From Myxococcota bacterium (GTDB lineage: Bacteria; Myxococcota_A; UBA9160; UBA6930), in NCBI GenBank assembly GCA_965223415.1, contig OZ245002.1, positions 5,504,001-5,568,000 on the forward strand: a stretch of 64,000 nt of DNA, read 5' to 3'. Made by a program: the position numbers and the translations under genes. Positions 30,554 to 43,768 of the stretch are shown here, piece by piece (the first letter of the stretch is position 1; each line of letters starts with the position of its first letter). The notes below the pieces were generated by a model. That model was not told where the DNA came from and did not search any database. It saw nothing but the letters and a program-made list of their open reading frames with translations.

Positions 30554-31879
30554 CTAACTCCCCGCAATCTCTTCGACTTTAGCCCCAGCCAGGAGGAATT
30601 CAAGCGCCTTGTCCGAGCGGATCTGGGCCTTGAGCGCCTCTGCCATCCCCTGCTGCTCGTAGATCTGGCGGAGGCGATCCGGGTCGATCCCCTGATCCCG
30701 CGCCATGGTCTCGAGCTTCGCGTCCACCTCGGCGTCGTCGCTCTCGATCTCCTGCTGGTCCGCCACGGCGTCGAGCAGCAGGTGCTCGCGCACGTCGCGC
30801 TCGGCCTCCGGCCGCCAGCTCTCGGCCCACTCGCTGAGGCGCCGGTGGAGCTCTTCGTGGCCCATCGACTGGGCCAGCTGGTCGTGGGCGCGGCGCAGCT
30901 GCTGGTCCAGCCGCCGCTCGATCATGCCGGGCGGCACGTCGAACTCGGTGCGCTCGATGAGCGCATCCATCACGCTGCGCTGGAGCGCCTCCTTGGCCTG
31001 GCCCTCGCGGGCTTCCGTCATGTCCGTGCGCAGCTTGTCGCGCAGGGCATCGAGCCCGTCGAGCTCCTCGTCGACCTCCGAGGCGAAGGCATCGTCGAGG
31101 TCCGGCACCACCTTGCGCTGGACCTTGCTGACCGTGACGTCGAAGGTCGCGTCCTTGCCGGCCACGTCCTCGGAGGGGTAGTCCTCCGGGAAGGTCAGGG
31201 AGATGGTCCGCTCCTGGCCCGCGGCCAGGCCCTCCAGCTGGTCCTCGAAGCCCGGGATCATGCGCCCGGAGCCGAGCTCGATGGTCGCGCCTTCGGCGGC
31301 GCCGCCCTCGAAGGGCTCGCCGTCGATCTTGCCCAGGTAGTCCAGGGTGAGGAAGGAGCCCGGCCCGGACTCGCTGCCCTCGGGCTCGTCCTCGAAGCGG
31401 GCGCGGCGCTGGCGCAGGGCCTCGAGCTCGCTCTCGAGCTCCTCGTCGGTCACGTCCACCGGCGGCCGCTGGCCCGGCAGGCCCTGGAGCTCCGGCAGCT
31501 CGATCGCAGGCCGCACCTCGACGGTGGCCGTGTAGGCGAAGGCCTCGCCCTCCACCGGGGCACTCGCCTCGACCTGCGGCTCTGCCACCGGCTCGACCCC
31601 CGCCACCTCGATGGCGGTGCCGAGGCTCTCGCGAACGAGCTGCTGCTCGAGCTCCTCGCCCAGGCCGGCCCCGTACATCTTCTGCAGCACCGCCTTCGGC
31701 ACCTTGCCCGGCCGGAAGCCCTTCACCCGGACGTTGCGGCCCAGCTCCTTGTAGGCCTTGTCGAAGGCCTTGCGCACGCGCTTCGCGTCCAGCTCGATGC
31801 GCAGGGTGCGCAGGACCGGACTCGTCTCGGTGGTCTCCACCGCCGGGGGCGGCGGGGTCTGGCTCTCGCTCTCGCTCAT
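30554..31879 (-). CDS. tig: Trigger factor
   Basis: GFRPGKVP, FKBP domain FEGG...MIPGFE, FPEDY. Confidence 0.97.
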   Translation of the reverse strand: MSESESQTPPPPAVETTETSPVLRTLRIELDAKRVRKAFDKAYKELGRNVRVKGFRPGKVPKAVLQKMYGAGLGEELEQQLVRESLGTAIEVAGVEPVAEPQVEASAPVEGEAFAYTATVEVRPAIELPELQGLPGQRPPVDVTDEELESELEALRQRRARFEDEPEGSESGPGSFLTLDYLGKIDGEPFEGGAAEGATIELGSGRMIPGFEDQLEGLAAGQERTISLTFPEDYPSEDVAGKDATFDVTVSKVQRKVVPDLDDAFASEVDEELDGLDALRDKLRTDMTEAREGQAKEALQRSVMDALIERTEFDVPPGMIERRLDQQLRRAHDQLAQSMGHEELHRRLSEWAESWRPEAERDVREHLLLDAVADQQEIESDDAEVDAKLETMARDQGIDPDRLRQIYEQQGMAEALKAQIRSDKALEFLLAGAKVEEIAGS

Positions 31880-31935
31880 GGGGATCCCTTGGATAGGAGG
31901 GGGTGCCGGGATGCTTCCGGGGAAGGACTGACGGG

Positions 31936-32018
31936 TGCCGGGGACAGGACTCGAACCTGCACGTCCAACGGACGGTGGCTCCTAAGGCCACTGCGTCTAC
32001 CGATTCCGCCACCCCGGC
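31936..32018 (-). tRNA. tRNA-Leu (anticodon TAG)
   Basis: GCCGGGGTGGCGGAATCGGTAGACGCAGTGGCCTTAGGAGCCAC...GGTTCGAGTCC; long variable arm; CCA not encoded. Confidence 0.95.
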
Positions 32019-32160
32019 CAGGCCCGTCCGCCGGGCACGTCTGGGCCCCGGAGGTCGGGCGCAGCGGCGCAACATAGCGGAAGGAGGGGCTTTCGCGCGC
32101 CAGGGAGGACCTCCGTGGCGTTGCGCCCCCTCGCAAGGGTGCGTACGTTCCGCCTCTCGT

Positions 32161-32236
32161 GGGCGCGTAGCTCAGTTGGCAGAGCAGCGGACTCTTAATC
32201 CGCCGGTCGAAGGTTCGAGCCCTTCCGCGCTCACCA
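32161..32236 (+). tRNA. tRNA-Lys (anticodon CTT)
   Basis: GGGCGCGTAGCTCAGTTGG...GCGGACTCTTAATCCGC...GGTTCGAGCC...ACCA, 76 nt. Confidence 0.96.
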
Positions 32237-32246
32237 CCAGCCCGTC

Positions 32247-32644
32247 GTGTTCGTCGTGAAGTGTGCCTCTCCCCTCCTCCTCCTGGTCGCGCTCGCGGCC
32301 TGCACCACCACCCTCGGTGGCGGCGCCCCTGCGCGCTCCCTGCCCGAGGCGGTGAGCGTGTACGAGATGATGTCGGGGACGAAGGCCATGGCCCTGGCGG
32401 TGACCCCCGAGGGCCGGCGTACCTGGGGCGTGGCTTCGGCGCAGCTCCAGTCGAGCGCCAGCAAGCGCGCGATCGAGACCTGCGAGGAGAACGTCGCGCG
32501 CCTCGGCCTGCTCGCGGATTGCCACCTCCTCGCCGAGGGCAACGCACCGGCCCAGGCGACCGAGGCCGCCTGCTTCGCCGGCACCCTGCCGGAGCAGCGC
32601 TGCCAGGCCCAGCGCGAGTTTGCCCCGGGCCGCACCAACACGCC

Positions 32645-32648
<4 letters not shown>
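32247..32648 (+). CDS. Hypothetical lipoprotein, Cys-rich
   Basis: Lipobox ALAA-C; four more Cys; start uncertain (32247 or 32256). Confidence 0.65.
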
Positions 32649-36229
<3,581 letters not shown>

Positions 36230-36333
36230 CTTCGGCTCGCTGCGCGCCCCGGCAGGGCTTGCGGCGGACCCGGCTCGCGGCTTCGCCGCTCGCTCGCCTG
36301 CCGAGACGATCGGCTTCTCGGCGCCACCCGGGA

Positions 36334-38256
36334 TCAGCTCTCGCCGTAGAGCGCGGCGCGGAGATCGACGGCGAGGGAGCGGCCGTCGAGCCGGAGGTGA
36401 CGGCGATTGAAGCCGTCCTTGGAGATGGAGAGGACGAGCTGGTCCGAGGGAACGTCGCTCGGCACGCCGAAGCCGTAGACGCCGCCGGGACCGGTGGTGC
36501 CGGCGACGAGCTCCCGGGGCTCGTGGCCTTCCTCGTGCAGGGCGATCACCACCCGCGCGCCCTCGGCCGGAGGCCGCTCGCCGGAGGGCAGCGGGTCGTT
36601 CTCGAACACAAAGACGCGACCGGTGCGCCCGTCCGGTGCGCGCTCGACGCGGACCGCCAGGTCGTGCAGCCAGATCATCGGCTCCGCCACGGTGGCGGCC
36701 ATGCCGATCCGGTCGACGTGCCAGGCGGGGTTGGCGTTCAGGCTCACGTCCTGGGGTGCCATGCCGTGGTCCGACGTGACGACGAACAGGAACTCGTCCG
36801 TGAGCCCGGCCTCCTCGATCACGTCGAGCACGCGGCCGACCCGCCGGTCCGTCTCGTCCAGGGCGTCGCGCAGGCCCTCCGAGTGGGGGCCGTAGTCGTG
36901 GCCCACCCCGTCCGTGAGCACCAGCTCGTGGAAGACGAAGGACGGCGCCGGCGCGTCGTCGCGGGTGAACAGCTCGAGCACCTGGGCGACGCCACGCGTA
37001 TCGAGCACCGATTCGTCTTCGATGCCCGGAAGGTCCTCCCGCGCCCAACGCTCGTTGCGGTCGACCATGCACATCTCGGTGAGCGGGCGGAGGCGCCGCC
37101 GGTCGGCGGTGTTGCGGTCTTCCAGGGCCGCGTGCTTGGCCGAGCGGCCGAAGGGCGCGTAGATCGCGGCGGTCATGCAGTCGGCGCCGTACGCCCGGTG
37201 GAAGGCCTCGGCCAGGCTCTCGACGTCCGGCGACGAGAAGCCCTCGGTCTTCACCTGCTGGCCCTGGGGCGAGACGCTCTCGCGCTTGTCGCGCAGGTAG
37301 TAGGTGGGGTTCACGACGTCGTGGTGGCCGCACCAGGCGCCGGTGCCGATCGTCGTGTGGCTCGGCCAGGTGATCGAGGGGAAGTTCACGATCTGGCCTG
37401 AGGCCACCACCGCCGCCCGCTCGCGCAGGCGGCGCAGGTGCGGGAGCGCGCCGGGGGCATTCGCCAGGCGGTCCTCCAGCTCGGTCTGGTGGAGGCCGTC
37501 GAGGAGGAAGACATAGAGGCGTTTCGGGGGGTTGGGCGTCTCTTCGAGGATCTCCTCGAGGACCCGGCCGTCCTGGCGGCGGAGCAGGAGGTCGTGCCGG
37601 AGCTGGCCCGTGGCATCCCGGCCGCTGGTCGCGGGGAAGCGGAGCGCGGCCAGGCAGGTGGGTGCGATGTCCACGGAGCAGGCGACGGTCTCGTGCATCC
37701 CCGGCGTGACGCCTTCTCCCGCGAGCCAGAGCGGCCCGCGGGACTGGCGGACGTTCAGGGCGCCGTGGGTGGCCGGCTGGGTGCCCTGGCACCAATCCCG
37801 CGGCGACACGGCCAGGTCCGGAGCGTTCGGCGAGTCGAAGAGCTGGGCCACGCGCTCGTAGGCGAAGGGGTAGCTCTGGTGCTCGGGGGCGATGAAGCGG
37901 CGGCCCGGGTCGTCGGCGTCGAAGCCAGAGGCAGCCGCCGCCTCCTTCTCCTGGGCCACGGTGCGAAGGGCGGCCGGATCCTGGTTCGCGAGGGGGTTCT
38001 CGCCGACCACCTCCAGCACCTCGAACTCGAGACGTCCGTCGTCCCGGCGGTGGCGCTGGAAGCGCACCAGGCCGCGGGCCGACCAGGCTTCGTAGGCACC
38101 GGCCTCGTCGTCTCCAGCCCGCCAGGTGAGGACCAGGTCCGTCTGCGAGGCCACCGGGGCGTCGGCCAGCAACGCGAGGATGGCCCGGTTGCCGCTCTCC
38201 TCCTGCTCCCGGTCGAGGCCCTGCCCGCCGAGCCGCTCGGGTCCGTGGATCGCCAT
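36334..38256 (-). CDS. Alkaline phosphatase superfamily / type I phosphodiesterase (NPP-like), motif order permuted
   Basis: [24 protein letters not shown], with THG...VDIAPT placed N-terminal to them. Confidence 0.85.
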   Translation of the reverse strand: MAIHGPERLGGQGLDREQEESGNRAILALLADAPVASQTDLVLTWRAGDDEAGAYEAWSARGLVRFQRHRRDDGRLEFEVLEVVGENPLANQDPAALRTVAQEKEAAAASGFDADDPGRRFIAPEHQSYPFAYERVAQLFDSPNAPDLAVSPRDWCQGTQPATHGALNVRQSRGPLWLAGEGVTPGMHETVACSVDIAPTCLAALRFPATSGRDATGQLRHDLLLRRQDGRVLEEILEETPNPPKRLYVFLLDGLHQTELEDRLANAPGALPHLRRLRERAAVVASGQIVNFPSITWPSHTTIGTGAWCGHHDVVNPTYYLRDKRESVSPQGQQVKTEGFSSPDVESLAEAFHRAYGADCMTAAIYAPFGRSAKHAALEDRNTADRRRLRPLTEMCMVDRNERWAREDLPGIEDESVLDTRGVAQVLELFTRDDAPAPSFVFHELVLTDGVGHDYGPHSEGLRDALDETDRRVGRVLDVIEEAGLTDEFLFVVTSDHGMAPQDVSLNANPAWHVDRIGMAATVAEPMIWLHDLAVRVERAPDGRTGRVFVFENDPLPSGERPPAEGARVVIALHEEGHEPRELVAGTTGPGGVYGFGVPSDVPSDQLVLSISKDGFNRRHLRLDGRSLAVDLRAALYGES

Positions 38257-38268
38257 GGGGCGAGCGTA

Positions 38269-39828
38269 TCACTGGCCGCGTCCGCGGCGCAGGCGGGAGG
38301 CGACGTTGCCGAGCTCGTCGCGGAGTACGCTGTCACCCAGGAGCCGCGCCGCGAGCAGGCCGATCGCCGCGAAGACGGCGCCACGCACGAGCAACGTGAG
38401 GAGGGCGCCGAATGCGCCCTCACGGACGTCTGGCACCTGGGAGGCGAGGGCCGCCGCCACGAAGCTGGCCAGGGCCGCGCGGAGGAGCCCCACCGCGAGG
38501 GTGCCGAGGGGCGGCGCCCCGTGCAACCAGCGGGCCATGACGAGGGTCGCCGTGGCATTGACCGACACGGCGATCACCCCGGCCAGGGCGAGCCCCTTGG
38601 CGCCCAGCGGCGGCCCGAGGGCCCGGTACAGCGGAATCGCCAGCAGGGCGACGGCGGTGCCGAGCAGCATGGGGCGCCACATGTCCCCTCGCGCGTAGAA
38701 GGGGCGCACCGCCAGCATCTGCAGCACCCAGCCCGGGACGGCCAGGCAGAAGACGAGCAGCACCTCCGCGACCGGCGTGGCGTCCGCCGACGCGAACGCC
38801 CCGCGCACGTAGACCAGGGTCACGAGGGGTTGGGCCACTGCCGCGAGCCCGCCGGCAGCAAGGCAAGCGAGGCCACCGCTCGCCTGCAGCACGCGCTGCA
38901 CCAGCCCATTGAGCTGGTCGTGCCGTCCTTCGGCGTGCAGCCGCGAGAGGGTCGGCAGGGCCGCCGTCGCGACGGCGCCGCCGGCCAGGGAGACCGGCAC
39001 CTGCATCAACCTCCGGGCGAAGACCAGCGTCGCGATCGTGCCGGTGCCGAGCAGCCCGCCGAACCAGCGGTCGTACCACTCGTCCACCGTGAGCAGGGTG
39101 ACGCCCAGCATGAGGGGCGCGGCCAGCACCAGGTAGCGCGCGAAGTCCGGATCCCAGGGTGCAAAGCGCACGCGCACGCGCAGCTGCCGCGTCGCGTCCC
39201 ACAGGGCCAGACCGAAGGGACCCAGGGCGGCGCCGAAGAGCGCCCCCCATGCGAAGCCCTCGACCCCGATCTGCGGCGCCGCGAACAGGCCGCCGGCAAT
39301 GATCGCGAGGTTGTAGACGAGCGGGGCCGCGGCCTGGACGGCGAAGCGGTCCTCGGCCATCAGGGCCGCCCGGAGCACGCCGCCCACCACGAAGAAGACC
39401 TGGGCGGGCAGCACGATCCGGGTCAGCCGGACGGTGAGCGCGTGCTGCTCCGGGTCGAAGCGCGGGAACTGGAGACTGATCAAGGCATCGGCGAAGAGCC
39501 AGATCACCCCGGTGACGACGATCGCGATCACCGCCACGGTGCCGAGCACGGTCGCCAGCAGCCGCTCGGCCGCTGGGGATCCCCCGGCCTGCCGGGCCGC
39601 GTGGTAGAGCGGGATGAAGGCGATCGAGAGGGCCGCACCCGCCAGCAGGTAGTTCAGCAGGTCCGGGAGCTGGAAGGCGGCCTGATAGGCGTCGGTGGCC
39701 GCCCCCCGCCCGACGCGGAGCGCCAGCACCGCCTCGCGAACGAAGCCCAGCAGCCGCGAGACCAGGACGCTCCCTGCCAGCAGCGCCGCCACGCCGGCCA
39801 CGCGTCCGGCTCGCACCCCCTCCGCCAT
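38269..39828 (-). CDS. murJ: Lipid II flippase MurJ (MviN)
   Basis: SRLLGFVRE, TDAY..AF.LPD, AFIP, about 14 TM, FYARGD. Confidence 0.93.
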   Translation of the reverse strand: MAEGVRAGRVAGVAALLAGSVLVSRLLGFVREAVLALRVGRGAATDAYQAAFQLPDLLNYLLAGAALSIAFIPLYHAARQAGGSPAAERLLATVLGTVAVIAIVVTGVIWLFADALISLQFPRFDPEQHALTVRLTRIVLPAQVFFVVGGVLRAALMAEDRFAVQAAAPLVYNLAIIAGGLFAAPQIGVEGFAWGALFGAALGPFGLALWDATRQLRVRVRFAPWDPDFARYLVLAAPLMLGVTLLTVDEWYDRWFGGLLGTGTIATLVFARRLMQVPVSLAGGAVATAALPTLSRLHAEGRHDQLNGLVQRVLQASGGLACLAAGGLAAVAQPLVTLVYVRGAFASADATPVAEVLLVFCLAVPGWVLQMLAVRPFYARGDMWRPMLLGTAVALLAIPLYRALGPPLGAKGLALAGVIAVSVNATATLVMARWLHGAPPLGTLAVGLLRAALASFVAAALASQVPDVREGAFGALLTLLVRGAVFAAIGLLAARLLGDSVLRDELGNVASRLRRGRGQ

Positions 39829-39845
39829 GGCGCGGAGCATAGGAA

Positions 39846-39939
39846 GTGAGACAAGGGGACGTTCCTGACTGTCTCACTCCTCCCGGCGGGCGGGCCGCCC
39901 GGGTGGGGGTGAGACAATCAGGAACGTCCCCTTGTCTCA
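39846..39939. repeat. REP-like doublet: two ~32-bp units in inverted orientation
   Basis: GTGAGACAAGGGGACGTTCCTGACTGTCTCAC (39846-39877) and its reverse complement with 1 mismatch (39909-39939); each unit is bounded by TGAGACA/TGTCTCA. Confidence 0.85.
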
Positions 39940-41009
39940 GGCGGATTCGGCTCGCGCCAGCGTTGGCCGTTCCAGGCCTCGACCTCCACCACGTCCCCGT
40001 CGCGGCCGCGAAGGGCGCTGCGCTGGAGGGGGACCTTGCCGTGAGGGGTGTCGAGCACGTAGAGCGGGATGGCGTAGCCGCTGGTGCGGCCGCGCAGGGC
40101 TTCGAAGAGATCGAGGCCCCGCTCGATGGGGACGCGGAAATGGGCGGTGCCTTCGAGGAGCTGGGCCTGGTAGCAGTAGTAGGGCCGCACGCGCATGCGC
40201 ACGAGGCCCTCGCACAGGGCCTTCATCGTCGCGACGTCGTCGTTGATCCCAGCCAGCAGCACGCTCTGGTTGCCCACGGGAAGGCCGGCCCGGGTGAGGC
40301 GGTCGCAGGCTTCCGCGGCTTCCGGGGTGAGCTCCCGGGGGTGGTTGAAGTGGGTGTTCAGCCAGATCGGGTGGTAGCGCTCGAGCATCCGGCACAGCCC
40401 GTCGGTCACCCGGAACGGCAGGGTCACGGGGAGCCGCGTGCCGAGGCGGATGATCTCGATGTGAGGAATGGCGCGGAGCTCGGCGACGAGCCACTCGAGG
40501 CGGTCGTCGGCGAAGACCAGCGGATCGCCGCCGGTCAGCAGGACATCGCGGATCTCCGGCGTCCGGCGGAGCCAGTCGATGGCCGCGGCAAGCTCGCGCC
40601 GCTTCATCGTCCAGTCCTCGTCGCCGACCATGCGCTTGCGCAGGCAGTAGCGGCAGTAGAGGGCGCACTCGTTGTTGACGCAGAAGGCCACCCGGTCCGG
40701 GTAGACCCGCACCAGGTTCTTGACCGGCGAGTGGGCGACCTCGTCGAGGGGATCCGCCAGGCCGGCCGGATCGTCCAGCTCCACCAGCCGCGGCACGACC
40801 TGCCGGCGGATCGGGCACTCCGGGTCGTCCGGGTCGATCAACGACGCGTAGTAGGGCGTGATCACGAAGCGGAAGCGATCGCCCAGGGCCGCGATGGCCG
40901 CGGCCTCCTCGTCGCTCGGAGGGACGACGCGGGCCAGCTCTTCGGCGCGGCGGATGCGATGGCGCATCTGCCAGCCCCAGTCGCGCCAGCCGTCGGGCGT
41001 GGCGCTCAC
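39918..41009 (-). CDS. KamA-family radical SAM/PLP 2,3-aminomutase
   Basis: CALYCRYC.RKR, LLTGGDPL, GTRLPV, HFNHP, NQSVLL, TSGYAIP, GKVP. Confidence 0.93.
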   Translation of the reverse strand: MSATPDGWRDWGWQMRHRIRRAEELARVVPPSDEEAAAIAALGDRFRFVITPYYASLIDPDDPECPIRRQVVPRLVELDDPAGLADPLDEVAHSPVKNLVRVYPDRVAFCVNNECALYCRYCLRKRMVGDEDWTMKRRELAAAIDWLRRTPEIRDVLLTGGDPLVFADDRLEWLVAELRAIPHIEIIRLGTRLPVTLPFRVTDGLCRMLERYHPIWLNTHFNHPRELTPEAAEACDRLTRAGLPVGNQSVLLAGINDDVATMKALCEGLVRMRVRPYYCYQAQLLEGTAHFRVPIERGLDLFEALRGRTSGYAIPLYVLDTPHGKVPLQRSALRGRDGDVVEVEAWNGQRWREPNPPETRGRS

Positions 41010-42004
41010 CGGAGCCCGAGCCTCGCGAGGCCGCCCCCGAAGACATCACCGAGCAGCGCCTCCACCGGCCGGCCTTCGAGCTCGGCGAGGACTCCGAAGG
41101 AGCCGCCCGGCGCGAAGGTGGGCAGCGGGTTGATCTCCAGGAAGCGCGGCTCCCCCGCGGCGTCGAGGCGGAAGTCGATGCGGGCGAAATCGCGGCAGCG
41201 GAGCGCGTCGAAGGCGGCGAGAGCGTGGCAGGCGAGCGAGGCCTCCAGGGCCGGGTCGAGCTCGCCGGGCGTGTGGTGGAGCCAGCCGCCTGCGGGCGCG
41301 GGCACGGAGGCGCGATCGAGGGCATGGAGCCCGATGCCGCTCCTCAGCTCGAGCGCCCGCTGGAGCACCGGAAGCGCCCGGGGCGGGGCGTGGCCAACGA
41401 CGGTGACCGTGTACTCCGCCCCGGGCAGGAAGGGCTCCACCAGGGCCGGCTGGTCATAGAGGCGCACCACCCGCTCCACGGCCGCCGCCAGCTCGTCCCG
41501 ATCGTGGACCTTCGAGGCCGGGATGATGCCCTTGGCCGTCCCTTCCCACCGGGGTTTCACGAACAGGGGGTAAGACCCCGGAAGCCGGGCTTTTTCCAGC
41601 TCGCCGGCGGATCCGATCGAGGCCTGGCCGGCGACCGGGACGCCGGCGGCCGCCACCACGTCCTTGGCCCAGGCCTTGTCCAGGGAGAGCGAGAGGGTGA
41701 GCGCGTCCGAGCCCAGACACGGCACGCCGGCCATCTCCAGGAGCACCGGTGCCCAGGCCTCCCGGTTCCGGCCGCCCTCCCCCTCCGCGATGTTGAGGAC
41801 CGCGTCGACGTCCGGACGGCGGGCCAGCAAGGCCCGGGGGCCGCCGAGCCGCACCGGCTCGGCGCCCGCTGCACGAAGCGCCGCCTCCAGCAGGGCAATC
41901 GTCTCCTCGGGCTCGTACTCGGCGTCGGCGTCCGGCGCGGGGCCGCGCGCGAGCGTCTCGCCGAGCTCCTCGAAGACGATTCCGACGCGCAGGGGCCTGC
42001 TCAC
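41006..42004 (-). CDS. ATP-grasp ligase, D-Ala-D-Ala ligase-like (non-canonical)
   Basis: NIAEG...RE, GSD...LDK, FVKPRWEG, EPFLPGAE, ARIDFR, LEINPLP; GTGA overlap with the aminomutase gene. Confidence 0.88.
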   Translation of the reverse strand: MSRPLRVGIVFEELGETLARGPAPDADAEYEPEETIALLEAALRAAGAEPVRLGGPRALLARRPDVDAVLNIAEGEGGRNREAWAPVLLEMAGVPCLGSDALTLSLSLDKAWAKDVVAAAGVPVAGQASIGSAGELEKARLPGSYPLFVKPRWEGTAKGIIPASKVHDRDELAAAVERVVRLYDQPALVEPFLPGAEYTVTVVGHAPPRALPVLQRALELRSGIGLHALDRASVPAPAGGWLHHTPGELDPALEASLACHALAAFDALRCRDFARIDFRLDAAGEPRFLEINPLPTFAPGGSFGVLAELEGRPVEALLGDVFGGGLARLGLR

Positions 42005-42042
42005 CGCCGCAGGGTGGCCAACCCACTAACCTCCCGCCAACC

Positions 42043-43668
42043 ATGAGCGCCCTGGACCGCATCGAGCGCCTCGGCAACGCCCTGCCCGACCCGGCCACCC
42101 TGTTCGTGATCGGCGCGCTGCTGGTGATGGTGGCCTCCCAGCTCGCCGTGGGCCTCGACTGGCAGGTGGAGAAGACCGTCACCCGCGACGTCACGGTGCC
42201 GGTGCTGGACGCGGCGGGCGAACCCGTCGTGGACCCGGCGAGCGGCGAGCCGTTGCGCGCGGCGGCCGTCGATCCGGCCACCGGCGAGCCCCGCCGCGAG
42301 AAGGTGCAGGTGCCCGTGCGCCCGCGCAGCCTGCTCGACAGCGACGGCCTGTACTGGGCCGTGTCCCACCTGGTCGACAACTTCAAGAACTTCCCGCCGC
42401 TGGCGATCGTGCTGGTCGGGATGCTGGGCATCGGGCTGGCGGACAAGAGCGGCTTCATCGGAGCGCTGCTGAAGGCGATCCTGGTGGCCGTTCCCGCCCG
42501 CTTCCTCACGCCAACGGTCTTCTTCGTGGGCGTGCTCTCCTCGGTGGGTCTCGACGCGGGCTACGTCGTCCTGCCGCCGGTCGCCGCGGCGCTGTTCGCC
42601 GCGGTGGGGCGCTCGCCGCTCGTCGGCCTGGCGGCGGTCTTCGCCGGCGTGTCCGCGGGCTTCAGCGCGAACCTCGTGGTGACGAGCCTGGACGTGATCC
42701 TGGCGGGCTTCTCCACCTCCGGCGCCCAGTTCCTGGACGCCGCCTACCAGGTGCCGGCCACCGCCAACCTCACTTTCCTGCGGGTCTCGACCGTGCTGCT
42801 GGTTGCCGTGGGCTGGGCCACCACCGCCTGGTGGGTGGAGCCGCGCTACGCCCGCAGGCACGCCGAGGACGGCGGCGCCGGCGAGGCGGATCCGGAGGCC
42901 CTGCGGCTGGCGGCGGACGAGAAGCGGGGCCTGCGCGCGGGCGGCCTGACCCTGGCGCTGGTGCTGGCGGTGCTGATGCTCGCCACCTGGATCCCCGGCG
43001 CGCCGCTGCACGGCGACGACGGGCGCTTCCCCCGCTGGGTGGCGGCGATCGTGCCGCTGATCTTCCTGGCCTTCCTGCTGCCGGGCCTGGCCTACGGCCT
43101 CCGCACGGGCAGCCTGCGCAGCGATCGCGACGTGGCGCGCATGCTCGGCGAGGTGATGGCGGGCATGGGCCCCTACATCGTCCTGGCCTTCTTCGCGGCC
43201 CAGTTCGTCGAGTTCTTCCGCTACTCGGGCCTGGGGGAGATGTCCGCCATCGCCGGCGGAGGCCTGCTCGCACGGGCGGACCTGCCGGCCCCGGTGCTGA
43301 TGGTCGCCTTCGTCGCGGTGGTCGCCCTGGCCAACCTCTTCATCGGCTCCATGTCCGCCAAGTACGCCTTCTTCGCGCCGGTCTTCGTGCCCATGTTCAT
43401 GCAGGTCGGCATCAGCCCGGAGCTCACCCAGGCGGCCTACCGGGTCGGCGACTCCATCACCAACGTGGTCACGCCCCTCAACCCCTACGTCGTCATCATC
43501 CTCGTCTTCATGCAGCGCTACGTGCCGCGGGCGGGCATCGGCACCCTGGTGGCCCTGATGATCCCCTACGCCGTCAGCTTCTTCGCGGCCTGGTCCCTGC
43601 TGCTCGTCGCCTGGATCCTGCTGGGCGCCCCCCTCGGCGCCGGCGGCCCCCTCGAGTACACGCCGTGA
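42043..43668 (+). CDS. AbgT-family transporter
   Basis: ERLGNALPDPATLF, NFPPL, AGVSAGFSAN, AYRVGDSITN..TP. Confidence 0.93.
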   Translation: MSALDRIERLGNALPDPATLFVIGALLVMVASQLAVGLDWQVEKTVTRDVTVPVLDAAGEPVVDPASGEPLRAAAVDPATGEPRREKVQVPVRPRSLLDSDGLYWAVSHLVDNFKNFPPLAIVLVGMLGIGLADKSGFIGALLKAILVAVPARFLTPTVFFVGVLSSVGLDAGYVVLPPVAAALFAAVGRSPLVGLAAVFAGVSAGFSANLVVTSLDVILAGFSTSGAQFLDAAYQVPATANLTFLRVSTVLLVAVGWATTAWWVEPRYARRHAEDGGAGEADPEALRLAADEKRGLRAGGLTLALVLAVLMLATWIPGAPLHGDDGRFPRWVAAIVPLIFLAFLLPGLAYGLRTGSLRSDRDVARMLGEVMAGMGPYIVLAFFAAQFVEFFRYSGLGEMSAIAGGGLLARADLPAPVLMVAFVAVVALANLFIGSMSAKYAFFAPVFVPMFMQVGISPELTQAAYRVGDSITNVVTPLNPYVVIILVFMQRYVPRAGIGTLVALMIPYAVSFFAAWSLLLVAWILLGAPLGAGGPLEYTP

Positions 43669-43745
43669 AGAAACGGGGCCAGAGTTAAGAATTCAGTTCC
43701 GCCCCGAAGGGGAGGAACTGAATTCTTAACTCTGGCCCCGTTTCT
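43669..43745. repeat. Perfect 32-bp inverted repeat (REP/MITE-like hairpin)
   Basis: AGAAACGGGGCCAGAGTTAAGAATTCAGTTCC (43669-43700) pairs exactly with 43714-43745. Confidence 0.9.
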
Positions 43746-43768
43746 GTACCCTGCCGTTGGAGGATCCC

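Noticed and set aside
39918..41009. EpmB (EF-P beta-lysylation) assignment
   Set aside because: No efp or epmA adjacent; gene is coupled to an ATP-grasp ligase instead
41006..42004. Housekeeping ddl
   Set aside because: Lacks the canonical Ddl N-terminal motifs and is not in a dcw cluster
39846..43745. Repeats as a CRISPR array
   Set aside because: Only inverted pairs, no direct repeat-spacer periodicity and no cas genes
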